Notes under the pieces: model-generated
The model's input: only the letters and a program-made list of their open reading frames with translations
Told to the model about the DNA's origin: nothing
Database searches by the model: none
Position numbers and translations under genes: made by a program
Virus record (IMG/VR): IMGVR_UViG_3300027790_000033
Span: 1-49,970 of that record
From: a virus
Taxonomy: Duplodnaviria; Caudoviricetes
Direction: 5' to 3' (one strand)
Length of the DNA stretch: 49,970 nucleotides
In this document: in pieces, positions 9,956-20,140 of the stretch
How positions within the stretch are numbered: the stretch's first letter is position 1
Layout of the letters: each line of letters begins with the position of its first letter

Positions 9956-11313
9956 TGGCTTTGCCCAATACGTTAGTGTGGGAAGTTCAGACCGGTGGAT
10001 CCGACGACAATGGCGGGGCCTTCGTGAGCGGGGGGAGCGGTACGGACTACTCGCAGCAGACGTCAGCACAGGCAACACTGACGACAGCGTCGGTGGTTAA
10101 TTCAACCACGACCATCATTGATGTGGATTCTGGTGACTACACCTGCACTGACAGCGACGTTGACAACGTAATCAAGATTACTGGCGGGACGGCAACGGCG
10201 GGTCGGTATCGTATCGTCTCTCGCAGTGGGCAGCAATGGACGCTCGACCGGTCTGCCGGGACTGCCGGGCAAACTGTTGTCGGAAACATGGGTGGTTGTG
10301 CAGCCACCCCTGGTGAAGTCGCTGGGGCAATGGTTAGCGGCAATCACGTATGGATTAAGTCTGGCACGTACACACTATCTACCAGTTCGGCTAACACGAG
10401 CGGCGGTCAGTACAACCCCATCGTGGCGGGCTACACCCGTGGATACGCGACTACCCGTGGAGATTTGGGTGCCCGCCCCGTTCTCAATGCTGGAACACAG
10501 ATCAACGTCTCTCTGTGGTACACCAACGTCTCCAGCCATACCGAGCCTCATAAGATCAGTAATGTGGATGCTGACGGAAACAGCCAGACGGGGATCACTG
10601 GGTTTCTGGAGCACACCAACGGACGTAACCCATCGTTTGATCGATGTGCGGCCACAGGGTGTGTCAACGGGTTTTCCCAGGCAAAAACAAAGAACTGCCG
10701 TGCTTATAGCAATTCTGGCACGGGATTCATTGGGTCACTGATGAGTGAGCAGTGTGTTTCACATGATAATAGCGTGGGGATGACGTGCGCTCTGGACTCA
10801 AAGCACTATCGCTATCTGGCTCACGACAACACCAACCAGGGAGCGAACGTTACTAACCGCCATGTTAAGTTCTTCTCGTCGGCTTTTATTGATAATGGAA
10901 ATGACGGGATTGAGTTCGGGTCTGACGTAGGAGAAGCCCACGATTGCATCTTCTATGGGAACACAGGCTACGGAGTAGGTGGTTCCGACTCCGACACAAT
11001 TCTCACGAATTGTGCTTTTGGATCCAACACGGCGGGGGCAAGAGAGTTTGCTCCCAGCTTTGAGGTTGGGGGGATTACGTTGACGGCGGATCCGTTCACA
11101 GACAACGCCAACGACGATTACACAATCAATAATACAGCAGGGGGCGGTGCCCTGCTCAGGGCTGAGAGCACCAACTGGCTGGGGGATTACCAAACCACCA
11201 ACCAGGATGTTGGCCCAATACAACACACCGAGTCGGCGGGAAGCGGAAGTAACGAACCCCCAACAACAACCAACGTAATGATCACATCGCCCTGGCTATC
11301 AGCTGGCTACTGA
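9955..11313 (+). CDS. Right-handed beta-helix protein (spike/fibre candidate)
   Basis: Repeated N..G-type parallel beta-helix rungs (YSNSGTGF, HDNTNQG, IDNGNDG, YGNTGYG). T/G/S-rich. Confidence 0.65.
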   Translation: MALPNTLVWEVQTGGSDDNGGAFVSGGSGTDYSQQTSAQATLTTASVVNSTTTIIDVDSGDYTCTDSDVDNVIKITGGTATAGRYRIVSRSGQQWTLDRSAGTAGQTVVGNMGGCAATPGEVAGAMVSGNHVWIKSGTYTLSTSSANTSGGQYNPIVAGYTRGYATTRGDLGARPVLNAGTQINVSLWYTNVSSHTEPHKISNVDADGNSQTGITGFLEHTNGRNPSFDRCAATGCVNGFSQAKTKNCRAYSNSGTGFIGSLMSEQCVSHDNSVGMTCALDSKHYRYLAHDNTNQGANVTNRHVKFFSSAFIDNGNDGIEFGSDVGEAHDCIFYGNTGYGVGGSDSDTILTNCAFGSNTAGAREFAPSFEVGGITLTADPFTDNANDDYTINNTAGGGALLRAESTNWLGDYQTTNQDVGPIQHTESAGSGSNEPPTTTNVMITSPWLSAGY

Positions 11314-11343
11314 TCTCAACTCTTTAGTGCTCGAAGGATTCTC

Positions 11344-11784
11344 ATGTACACAGTAACGCACCAGACCGCAGCCGGGACGGATCTTGGAATCATCAATTTG
11401 ACCGGTAGTGCTTCGGTTCGTCTGTATCTGTACGACCTCATTCTTGGATCGGACGCAACACCTGCCGACGCTGCTGGTGAGTTTGTCGTCAACCGGTCTA
11501 CTAGTGTTGGGACGGGCGGAACCGCTTTGACCGAAGTGAAGCTCGACCCATTGACGGTTAATGCTGCGACTGGTGCTGCGGTTGGCGGGACATTCTCTGC
11601 TCAGCCATCAGACGGCAGCGACTTGTTGATGATTGGTTTACACCAACGGGCGACGTACCGCTGGGTGTGTGCTCCTGGCGGCGAATTGATCTCGACGGCA
11701 TCTGCCAACAATGGTTTGTTCTTGCGTACGGTTAATCACACCGGCACGCCGAACATCAACGCCACCATGATGTGGAGAGAGTAA
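11344..11784 (+). CDS. Hypothetical structural protein
   Basis: 146 aa beta-rich ORF with an AAGGA RBS in the virion module. Confidence 0.65.
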   Translation: MYTVTHQTAAGTDLGIINLTGSASVRLYLYDLILGSDATPADAAGEFVVNRSTSVGTGGTALTEVKLDPLTVNAATGAAVGGTFSAQPSDGSDLLMIGLHQRATYRWVCAPGGELISTASANNGLFLRTVNHTGTPNINATMMWRE

Positions 11785-12050
11785 TGAAGGAAGCTGGGCA
11801 CGTCACGATTATTGACCCCGGTGCAGACAAGCCTATCGCCACGCATAAGACACTCCAGTGTGTTCATTGCGGTGGGCATTGGGAAGTCAAGCCGGGAAGC
11901 GGAAGAGTGCGGGGGTTTTGCATGAACTGCAACGGCCATGTGTGCGGACCGCGATGTTCAGAGTGTGTCCCTTTTGAGAAGCGATTGGAAATCGAGGAAG
12001 GCACACGCAACCCGACAGCAGTCTCAGTAGGAGTGAGTTGTGTCGTTTGA
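11784..12050 (+). CDS. Small zinc-finger protein
   Basis: CVHC, CMNC and CGPRC..C motifs. TAATG coupling to the upstream gene. Confidence 0.65.
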   Translation: MKEAGHVTIIDPGADKPIATHKTLQCVHCGGHWEVKPGSGRVRGFCMNCNGHVCGPRCSECVPFEKRLEIEEGTRNPTAVSVGVSCVV

Positions 12051-12651
12051 ATACGCTGTTGCCGCAAGCGTGAGCGATGCTTACGAGGACTCGATTGGCA
12101 ACGTCACTCTCGACAACTCCACCGATACGATCACTCAGAATGAATGGGTTGGGTTTCGGTTTCGGGTCGACCTCGATTCTTCGCATATCCCGTCGATCAG
12201 TGACGTGTGGCTCAAGGTCCATGTCTCAGGTGCAGATGACCCGGCTGTTAATGTCAACGTAGAAGACGCAGATAATTCCGCCGTCTTTACTACCACGACG
12301 GAAGACGTCTCGGGTAGAACACTCACCGGAACAGTCACTTGGGACCAGACAGGGATCGGCAGTGGGTATCAGGATAGTCCGAGTCTGCTTACTCCGTTCA
12401 CTGACGTTTTGAGTCGTCCTGGCTGGTCTGCTGGAAATTACCTCACGGTTACGCTTGATGGAACCACAGCCGCAAGGGAGTTGGGGGTCACCATGTTTGA
12501 GGGGAACCTCCCGGCCATCTTGTTTGTGCAGACTCCAGACCCAGATGACGGCGGAAATCCTGGATCGTTACCTCCGAACAATGTGGGCATCCAAGCGTTC
12601 CATCGGCAGATCTACATGATCCCAAAGACTCTTAGCGGTGGTGTGTTCTAA
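12040..12651 (+). CDS. Hypothetical structural protein
   Basis: 203 aa beta-rich ORF with an AGGAG RBS. Confidence 0.65.
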   Translation: MSFEYAVAASVSDAYEDSIGNVTLDNSTDTITQNEWVGFRFRVDLDSSHIPSISDVWLKVHVSGADDPAVNVNVEDADNSAVFTTTTEDVSGRTLTGTVTWDQTGIGSGYQDSPSLLTPFTDVLSRPGWSAGNYLTVTLDGTTAARELGVTMFEGNLPAILFVQTPDPDDGGNPGSLPPNNVGIQAFHRQIYMIPKTLSGGVF

Positions 12652-13580
12652 TGCAGCGAGTCCCCTTATTTCTCTATCAGGGGATCACCTCGCAAGCACT
12701 CTTGTACGACTCGGTTTCGGCTGACGAAACATTTGAGTGGTATGTCGAGACGACACTCCCGCCGACTATGTTCGCCAGAGCACAGGCAATGCCCTGGCTC
12801 TATCCTGATGAGTCTCGAACTCCTATCGGAGAAATAGGTCTCGCTTACGGCGGGGCGTCATTACCATTCGGTCCGCCAATTGTTGTGATCGAAGGCGGCT
12901 CGTTTCATGTCGAGATTGACGAGTCTGCGGTTGTTGAGGATGACGCGGACGGGCACAAGTTCTCGTGGTGGGTTCCACAGAATGAACCTGTCCGAGTCCC
13001 AACTCCCTTGTCTCTGGGTGTGCTCGATGGCAACGAGATTATCGTTGAGCCGCCGCACGTCATCACTGGCGGTCCTTTCTATCTATTCTGTCACGCAACG
13101 ACTCGGTCGTCTTTGCATGACGCAACACTGAGTCGGTCGAAGCTCGAATGTGTCACTACAGCACGTTCTTACCTAGATGATCAGAAGCTCTACGGTATGC
13201 CGTTATCTAACACCCAGCGAGTCATTCGCGAGAACACGACCGCACCGTTCACTGCCTACCTTAAGGACCATGACGGTGTCGCACTCGCTGCAGCAGACAT
13301 CACAACCCTCACGCTGACGTACTACGATGAACGGACTGGCGAGGTTATCAATAGCCGCGACTCGCAAGATGTGCTCAACACCAACAACGTAACGGTACAC
13401 GCGACTAGCGGACTTGTGACCTGGACAGTCCAACAAGCTGACGCAGTTCTTGTTGGCGATGGTGTTGAGGTTGGCCGCACCGAGAGGCACGTCGCACTGT
13501 TTCAGTGGACGTACGACAGCGGCAATCAGGCCGGTAGTGATGAAGTGAACCTCGACATTCTCAATGTAGGCAAGGTCTGA
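12651..13580 (+). CDS. Structural protein with C-terminal Ig/BppU-like domain
   Basis: The C-terminal ~125 aa (FTAYLKD...GLVTWTVQQAD...FQWTY) resembles fibre-attachment Ig-like domains. Confidence 0.55.
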   Translation: MQRVPLFLYQGITSQALLYDSVSADETFEWYVETTLPPTMFARAQAMPWLYPDESRTPIGEIGLAYGGASLPFGPPIVVIEGGSFHVEIDESAVVEDDADGHKFSWWVPQNEPVRVPTPLSLGVLDGNEIIVEPPHVITGGPFYLFCHATTRSSLHDATLSRSKLECVTTARSYLDDQKLYGMPLSNTQRVIRENTTAPFTAYLKDHDGVALAAADITTLTLTYYDERTGEVINSRDSQDVLNTNNVTVHATSGLVTWTVQQADAVLVGDGVEVGRTERHVALFQWTYDSGNQAGSDEVNLDILNVGKV

Positions 13581-14335
13581 TGTACGACTACAAGATGCTG
13601 AAAAAGATTGTCGGTGAGTTCCTGGGATACCAGAGGGCAGACTGGACTGCCGAACAGGAAGAGGAGATCAACCTTTGCGTCCAAAGGGGCTACACGCAAT
13701 TTCTCTATCCGCCGCCTTTGAAGGATCGTGGTAAGAGTCACCAATGGCGATTCCTGAAACCGACGATCCTCATTGACACCGAGGCGAACGTGGGTGATTA
13801 CGATCTCCCACATGACTTCGAGAGGCTCACCGGCGAGATCACTTACACAGCAAACAACACTGGCATTCAGGAGATCAGCGAAGTCAGCGAGGGTCAGATT
13901 CGAGATCTTCGCGGACGGTCAGCCACCACTACCACATCGTCTTACCCAACGATGTGTGCCACGCGGCCCAAGCCGCACGACGGCGTGGACACTCAGGGAT
14001 GGGAGTTGATGTTATGGCCAACACCATCAGGAGTGCTCACTCTTGAGGCTCAGGTTGCCGTCATTCCCTTACCGCTGAGTGACGACAGGCAGGTCCCCTA
14101 CGGCGGGCCTCATCACGCCGACACCATCTTGGAGAGCTGCCTCTCTATCGCAGAACAGTACCTAGAAGACAACGCAGGCGTCCACACACTCAAGTGGAAA
14201 GAGCGACTCACCGCCTCGGTGGATGCCGATTCTCGCACGGCATCAAACAAACTGGGCTACAACGGAAACGGCCCCATGCGAGTGTCGCGGCGGCGTGCTA
14301 ATCGCACGACCTACAAAGGAACTCTTTACGACTAA
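13580..14335 (+). CDS. Head-tail adaptor (tail tubular protein A-like)
   Basis: HQWRFL, YDLPHDF and LMLWPTP motifs, with the size and position typical of podoviral adaptors. Confidence 0.75.
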   Translation: MYDYKMLKKIVGEFLGYQRADWTAEQEEEINLCVQRGYTQFLYPPPLKDRGKSHQWRFLKPTILIDTEANVGDYDLPHDFERLTGEITYTANNTGIQEISEVSEGQIRDLRGRSATTTTSSYPTMCATRPKPHDGVDTQGWELMLWPTPSGVLTLEAQVAVIPLPLSDDRQVPYGGPHHADTILESCLSIAEQYLEDNAGVHTLKWKERLTASVDADSRTASNKLGYNGNGPMRVSRRRANRTTYKGTLYD

Positions 14336-14344
14336 GGATTAAGC

Positions 14345-14560
14345 ATGTCACGAATGTTCGACGCTGACCAGATTAGCGACGGTGTACTCGTCACCAGTCG
14401 TGCCAGGGGCCACATTGTGGTCATCGGCACTACGGTTCCAACTGACGCATCCTCGGGCTATGCACCTGGGTGTCTGTTTATCGACATCGACTCGGCTGTG
14501 GTGTACGTCAACGAAGGTACTAAGACGTCATCTGACTTCGACGCAGTCTCGACCGTATGA
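14345..14560 (+). CDS. Small structural protein
   Basis: GTTVPTD...GYAPGCLFID...VYVNEGT, a short fibre-like module. Confidence 0.6.
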   Translation: MSRMFDADQISDGVLVTSRARGHIVVIGTTVPTDASSGYAPGCLFIDIDSAVVYVNEGTKTSSDFDAVSTV

Positions 14561-16119
14561 TCAACTACTCCACCATACTCTGGCCGAAAAAAGGACTCGA
14601 CATTGACGAGTCCTTTCATTCGCAACGCGAAGAAACGACGCCCGACTGTCAAAACGTCATGTCGTACGATCAGATTTCGTCGCGTAGGCGTGGCGGTCAG
14701 AGGGGTGGATTGGTTAAGTACAACGCATCGCAAGTCAGTAGCTCCAACAAGCTGCAGGACATTGGACACGTAGTGACGTCCAACACGTCGTCACTGAGTC
14801 CGACTGCAGTGGTCCACCGTAACGTCTATGCGTACGCGGTCGCCAATGGGACGGTGGCTAGGTTTACTGGCTCATCCATGACGACAGCCTCGGGCGGGTC
14901 TTCAGCACTGGACGCAAATGCACCCGCCATCTTTTCTGCGTCACTATTTGGTGTGGTCTATTTTGCAGACGGAACAAACAAGAAGACGTGGACTCCTGGA
15001 ACCAACACCGTAGGAACCTGGACCGAGAGTGCTGGAACTCTTCCTATTAACGGCAGTGACCGTCCGCGACTTATCGAGCTTTATCGTCAGAGGATTATCC
15101 AGAGCGGCCTCAAGGGCGATGGGCACAACTGGTTTGCATCCGCACTTGGAGACGCCACTGACTGGGACTACAGCCCAGCCACGACGGTCGAAACTCAGGC
15201 AGTCGCTGGGAACAACGCTGATGCCGGGAAGGTGGGGGACCTTGTCAACTGCATGGCACCCCATAATGACGATCTCCTCATCTTCGGGTGTGATTCGTCG
15301 ATCTGGCAAATGACTGGCGACCCAATGGCTGGCGGTCGAATTGACAGTGTCAGTCAGACCACAGGAATGGCGTTCGGTCGGCCTTACTGCAAGACTCCCG
15401 ATGGGGTGATTTACTTCATTGGGTCTCGCGGTGGTCTTTGGCGAATGGCTCCCACAGTGTTGCCGTTTCGGGTTAGCGGCGGTCGGGTGGACTCGCGTCT
15501 GTCGGATTACGACTTCGATTCCACTATCGTCCGAATGGCGTACGACGATGCAAGGCAAGGCGTGTGGGCGTTCTTCACACCACTCGACGGGTCTGCCACG
15601 ACGCATTACTTCTACGACTTGCGGACCGAGGCATTTCTTCCGCAAGTTTTCGCAAACGCTAATCACAATCCAACAGCGGTCACCGTCTATGATGGCGACA
15701 CAGCTGCAGATCGAGTGATGTTGCTTGGTGGGTACGATGGGTACATTCGTTATGTCAGCGACTCCGCCAAGGATGATGACGATACAGCAATTAGCTCGCA
15801 CATCTACCTCGGGCCGATCAAAAGTCGAGGACAGGCCCGCACAATGCTTCGAGAGATTCGGGCAGTTCTCGATGCCGACTGTGAAGTCAACTACGAGGTC
15901 TACGCTGGAGACTCTGCTCAGGCGGCATTCGAGGCTACCACTCCCCGCCTAGATGGAGTCTTCTATGGCGGCAGAAGCAAGGCCGACAGACGGCGATGCC
16001 AGGGTCACGTCTTCTACATTAAGCTGAAGAACAGTCGACTTGGTGAATCGTGGGCGATGGAGACACTCCAAATTGGACGCAAGCCGATAGGCAAATCTCG
16101 CGACAGGATTCCTGAGTAA
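14557..16119 (+). CDS. Tail nozzle / DNA-stabilisation protein (beta-propeller)
   Basis: 520 aa after the adaptor, with propeller-like repeats (WFASALGD..DWD, LLIFG..SIW, IYFIGS.GGLW). Confidence 0.75.
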   Translation: MINYSTILWPKKGLDIDESFHSQREETTPDCQNVMSYDQISSRRRGGQRGGLVKYNASQVSSSNKLQDIGHVVTSNTSSLSPTAVVHRNVYAYAVANGTVARFTGSSMTTASGGSSALDANAPAIFSASLFGVVYFADGTNKKTWTPGTNTVGTWTESAGTLPINGSDRPRLIELYRQRIIQSGLKGDGHNWFASALGDATDWDYSPATTVETQAVAGNNADAGKVGDLVNCMAPHNDDLLIFGCDSSIWQMTGDPMAGGRIDSVSQTTGMAFGRPYCKTPDGVIYFIGSRGGLWRMAPTVLPFRVSGGRVDSRLSDYDFDSTIVRMAYDDARQGVWAFFTPLDGSATTHYFYDLRTEAFLPQVFANANHNPTAVTVYDGDTAADRVMLLGGYDGYIRYVSDSAKDDDDTAISSHIYLGPIKSRGQARTMLREIRAVLDADCEVNYEVYAGDSAQAAFEATTPRLDGVFYGGRSKADRRRCQGHVFYIKLKNSRLGESWAMETLQIGRKPIGKSRDRIPE

Positions 16120-16568
16120 TGGCTTCAGACTTCCAGGTGATTCGACTCACCGTCAGAGACGCCAACTTGCGGGTTCGGAGAGCGTTTGAGCAACTACAGC
16201 AGCTCGTCGCTGATGTCATTAACGGCAACACGACCATCTCGCTCCCCGACACCGGAAGCGGACCCCCTGGCGGCAAGCCTCGTGTTAAGGTGACCGACCT
16301 TGACATCAATCAACAATCGACGGTCGGGGGGCCGTGGGAGTGCGTCATCATGGGAGTCACTGCCAGCCAGAATCTTGACATCTCGATGTGGTCTGCGGTA
16401 ACGCAAGGGGTGGGGACTATTAGCTACTACCACAACTCGAACTCAACCTACACGATGACGATGTACGGCAATGCCTCAGAGGAGATTGACGGGGCAGGCA
16501 GCTTCACGCTTAACCCTGGTGAGTTTAAGACAGTCATATCAGACGGTTCGGACTGGTTCTCGATCTAA
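16119..16568 (+). CDS. Putative tail protein
   Basis: C-terminal IDGAGSFTL...SDGSDWF motif seen in tail fibre modules. Confidence 0.55.
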   Translation: MASDFQVIRLTVRDANLRVRRAFEQLQQLVADVINGNTTISLPDTGSGPPGGKPRVKVTDLDINQQSTVGGPWECVIMGVTASQNLDISMWSAVTQGVGTISYYHNSNSTYTMTMYGNASEEIDGAGSFTLNPGEFKTVISDGSDWFSI

Positions 16569-16576
16569 GGAACACC

Positions 16577-17014
16577 ATGCCACAGCTTAGGCTTTATCAA
16601 TTTTTCGAGGTCGTTGTCGACGGCGAACGACGCAAGGGTGGATCACTAACCGCCCCGTCAAGGATCACCGTCTCCGATCCAATGCTCGACGCAGTTAAGT
16701 CTTTAGCGACAGCCACGACTTGGGACGTGTGGACGACTGGGTCTGAGGAACCGATCACCGACTTTGATTTTCTGTGGATCGAGTCAGACCAGAATGTGTT
16801 TCTGGAAATAACGACCGATACTGGAGCGGACGTCGGCACTGTTGTGTCTACGGTGGAGATCAAGGCTGACGTTCCATTCACGTTAGCCTCCGACACAAGC
16901 AAGGCCAACTACACAGCGGATTTCGCAGCCGGATCCAACGACGTTATTGATCAACTTCGCATTCGCAATGAGAGTGGCTCGACTGCCCATGTCCGAGTCG
17001 CCATGTTTACATAA
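16577..17014 (+). CDS. Hypothetical structural protein
   Basis: 145 aa beta-rich ORF with an AAGGA RBS. Confidence 0.65.
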   Translation: MPQLRLYQFFEVVVDGERRKGGSLTAPSRITVSDPMLDAVKSLATATTWDVWTTGSEEPITDFDFLWIESDQNVFLEITTDTGADVGTVVSTVEIKADVPFTLASDTSKANYTADFAAGSNDVIDQLRIRNESGSTAHVRVAMFT

Positions 17015-17025
17015 AGGGTCGCACT

Positions 17026-18858
17026 GTGGCTGATGCAAAACCGTGGAAGGGGTTCACTTCTACACAGCTCAAAAAAGAATACGAAATGTGGGTCAAGGCC
17101 CGCAAGGTCGCAATCAGGAGTGCCCCTGGAGCAAAGCTTGCTGCCGAGAGATATAATCGGGAGCACGGACTAGACAAAGGGGATCCTGGTTATCACCCCC
17201 CGCCCCCGGACTTCAGTTATGAACTCACCGAAGACCAGTTTGCAAAAGAGAAGTACGGCAAAGACAAGGAAGCCCTCGACGCTGAAAAGCAAAAAGAGAG
17301 GGAGGACAGCAAGAGCAAAAAGGATGACCTAGACGGCACCGACAAGGATGGCAGCAAGGGTGGTGGCCCTGGTGGTGGATCTGGTCCAGGTGGCGGAGGC
17401 GGATCCGGCCCAGGTGGTGCGGGCGGTGGTGCCGGAGGTGGTGGGTGGTGGAACCCTGGAACCTACACAGGAGGCGGCTTAGGCCCGCCCGTTTATGGCA
17501 GCGGCGGTGGCGGTCTACCGACTGGAGGCTTGCCGCTTCCTGGGGATGGAATTGGCGGACTACCACCCGAGGAGATCAACGGATCAACAGGCGGCGACAA
17601 CGTCGGCTACGGGTCTGGATACGGAACCGGAACAAGTACGGGGGCCACGTCCGGTACTGGAGCAAACGGCACAGGAGCCAACGGCGGACCTTCGGGACAA
17701 CTGACTGCCGAGCAGCAAGCCGCTTATGAGCAAGCACTCGCCAACAACGACGCCCGATATGAGGACATACTTCGCGGCTACCAGCAAAGGCAACTCAACT
17801 CTCGCGACATGCTCAACGAGCTTGCCGTCCAGGAGAGGGCGGATGTCGACCGTCGATACGACCGACAGTTTGCCGCGTCCGAGCAGGATCTCATTGACCG
17901 AGGCTTGGGGAACTCGACCGTTCGCAATTCAATCAAGCGAGGGGTTGAAGAGTCGCGGAATTCGTCACAGGGACAAATCAGTGATCGGCTAAATCAGCAA
18001 CAGCTTGCACTCTACACAGGCATGTCGGGTGACCAGCTGGCGTACATGGAGAGGCGAACAGATGCCTACCCAGACCTTGCACTATTCGCCCAGCTACAGC
18101 AACAGTATGGTGCGAGCGGTGCGGACGGCGGACTAGGCGGAACTGCTGGGGATGGAACCGACAGCCAACAGCAAGGACAGCTTGGTGACAAGCGGACAGC
18201 GGACGCTGCGATTGCCGCACAACAACAGGGCAGCAACCCCGGAGTCAGGACACAGGCAGACGGGACTGTTGCTCACGGGATATCACCGAATATCCCTGGA
18301 ACATACACCGGGACTCACCAAGTCTATGGCGGGACCAATCCGTCATCCCCCACTCCCCCCGCATCTGCCAGTTCGGCTCAGGGTGCGTCCCCATCACTGC
18401 CTAACATCCCTGCATATGATCCAGTCTTTCCCGGAGTCAAGGATCCAGCCAAGGTTCGTGCCGAGCGAGAAGCGGCAGCTGCCGCAGCTGCACAGGCTCA
18501 GAACTCTGCCGCCGGTCAAGTCAAAAGGGCAACTGGTGGCCTTGTTCCTGGCAGTGGGATTGGTGGACGGGCTGGCATGGAAGTGATGATGTCTCAGCTT
18601 CCGAAGTACGGACAGAACAACGGACCGTCCGGCCCCGGTGCGTACACTCCTGGATGGGGCGGTGGGGCAGCTCAGAATCAACCAGGCGGTGGGGCGATTC
18701 CGTCTGGGGGGCCGATCTACGCAACCACTCAACCCATTCATCCCAGCCAGCATCCGCAGTCTTCGCCTACGTCGGGATTCGCCCCCCCCACTGCAGAACA
18801 GAGGCGACAGGCGATTATCTATCGCAAGAACAACCCCGGAACAGCGGTAAACTTCTAA
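17026..18858 (+). CDS. Gly/Gln-rich internal virion (ejection) protein
   Basis: Low-complexity Gly tracts, a helical core containing RGLGNST, and first of three large post-tail genes. Confidence 0.6.
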   Translation: MADAKPWKGFTSTQLKKEYEMWVKARKVAIRSAPGAKLAAERYNREHGLDKGDPGYHPPPPDFSYELTEDQFAKEKYGKDKEALDAEKQKEREDSKSKKDDLDGTDKDGSKGGGPGGGSGPGGGGGSGPGGAGGGAGGGGWWNPGTYTGGGLGPPVYGSGGGGLPTGGLPLPGDGIGGLPPEEINGSTGGDNVGYGSGYGTGTSTGATSGTGANGTGANGGPSGQLTAEQQAAYEQALANNDARYEDILRGYQQRQLNSRDMLNELAVQERADVDRRYDRQFAASEQDLIDRGLGNSTVRNSIKRGVEESRNSSQGQISDRLNQQQLALYTGMSGDQLAYMERRTDAYPDLALFAQLQQQYGASGADGGLGGTAGDGTDSQQQGQLGDKRTADAAIAAQQQGSNPGVRTQADGTVAHGISPNIPGTYTGTHQVYGGTNPSSPTPPASASSAQGASPSLPNIPAYDPVFPGVKDPAKVRAEREAAAAAAAQAQNSAAGQVKRATGGLVPGSGIGGRAGMEVMMSQLPKYGQNNGPSGPGAYTPGWGGGAAQNQPGGGAIPSGGPIYATTQPIHPSQHPQSSPTSGFAPPTAEQRRQAIIYRKNNPGTAVNF

Positions 18859-18859
18859 T

Positions 18860-20131
18860 ATGCCGATCACACTCGCGTACCAACCCAGTGCTCAGGCGGT
18901 TGGGCAAGTTGCTCTCGAAGCTGGCAAAGGTCAATACCAACAGTATCTCGACCAGTTGCAGCTTCAGCAGGAAACGCTCGCCCAGCGTGACCGGATGCAA
19001 GTTCGGGACATCGAAGAGTCCCAGCGAGCACAGCGACTTGGCCTTGCCGTTGGTCAGCAGAACTTAGCCTATCAGACTCAGAACGCCAACCAGCGTTTTG
19101 TGACAGGGCTATATGCCGACAGATTCCAACAGATCGCTGGTCAAGCATTTCAGGGACAGCAAGCTCAGCAGCAGCGAGCGTTTGATGCTGAGCGGATCCA
19201 ATACCAAACCCAGGCTCAGATTTACCGCGACAATCTCGCACAGGCCGGACGCGAGAGCCTTGCCGCCCAGAACTTCGACTACAGCACCCAGCTAACCGAA
19301 CAGCGTGGCGAGATCGATTACGCCAACGCTTACGATCTCACTCAGCTGCGGACTGACGAGGAACTCTACCGCAACGACGCCCTTTATAGGCAGAGGGTCG
19401 ACCGTGCCCGAGAAGCCGCGAGTAAACTCGAAGAGGACACGTCTCTACGTGACTTCGAGAAGGAATACCTGCAGCGAAAGATTCAGCTTGAGGCAGCTAC
19501 CGGCAGCTCCTTGATGGGGCCACTGCGGCCTCCGACAGAACCGCCGCCTCTCCAGCAAATCACGCCAGACGGGTCCGATCAGCCGATCATGTCGGCCAGT
19601 GGGGAGCCGCTGTATTTCCACACGGATCCAACCACCGGCAGAATTACTCTCCCTTACAACCCGGACCAATTCAAGCTTCAAGAGCGTGCGGTCAATGCAC
19701 AAGAGGCACTCAAGACTCAAAACGAAAACGAACGCGACTTTAAGCAAGGCTTAATGAAGTCCGAATCGGAGACACGCATGCGTCTTGACGCCTACAAGAC
19801 CTACCAAGGGATGGAGCCGGGGCCGGAACGCAACGCTCTTGCCCAGCAATTCAATCTTGGCATCAGCGAGGGTGGATCAACCACGCCTAAGTCGACCCAG
19901 CCGCAATCGTACGTCAATCCTCAAACCGGCAAGATCAACGAGATTGGTGACCGGGCTACCGTCAACGGGAACACGGGCGTATGGAACGGAGAGGCTTGGC
20001 TCAGCCCTGCTGAGTATGCGAACTGGCAACGTATGCTCAAGAGCAGTTTCGTTGACAAACAAGCCAATGGCGGCAAGACAAAACAGATTCCAGGCAACAA
20101 GGGGTTTAGTAGCCTCTCAGGCTCGATGTAG
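18860..20131 (+). CDS. Internal virion (ejection) protein
   Basis: Q-rich coiled coil in the second ejection-gene position. Confidence 0.6.
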   Translation: MPITLAYQPSAQAVGQVALEAGKGQYQQYLDQLQLQQETLAQRDRMQVRDIEESQRAQRLGLAVGQQNLAYQTQNANQRFVTGLYADRFQQIAGQAFQGQQAQQQRAFDAERIQYQTQAQIYRDNLAQAGRESLAAQNFDYSTQLTEQRGEIDYANAYDLTQLRTDEELYRNDALYRQRVDRAREAASKLEEDTSLRDFEKEYLQRKIQLEAATGSSLMGPLRPPTEPPPLQQITPDGSDQPIMSASGEPLYFHTDPTTGRITLPYNPDQFKLQERAVNAQEALKTQNENERDFKQGLMKSESETRMRLDAYKTYQGMEPGPERNALAQQFNLGISEGGSTTPKSTQPQSYVNPQTGKINEIGDRATVNGNTGVWNGEAWLSPAEYANWQRMLKSSFVDKQANGGKTKQIPGNKGFSSLSGSM

Positions 20132-20140
20132 GCAGAGCAC

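Noticed and set aside
9955-16568. Diversity-generating retroelement or invertible tail-fibre cassette
   Set aside because: No reverse transcriptase, no TR/VR repeat pair and no flanking inverted repeats were seen.
17355-17700. GGT/GGC-rich repeats as more ACC-type elements
   Set aside because: They are explained by the Gly-rich coding sequence of the ejection protein and are not next to starts.
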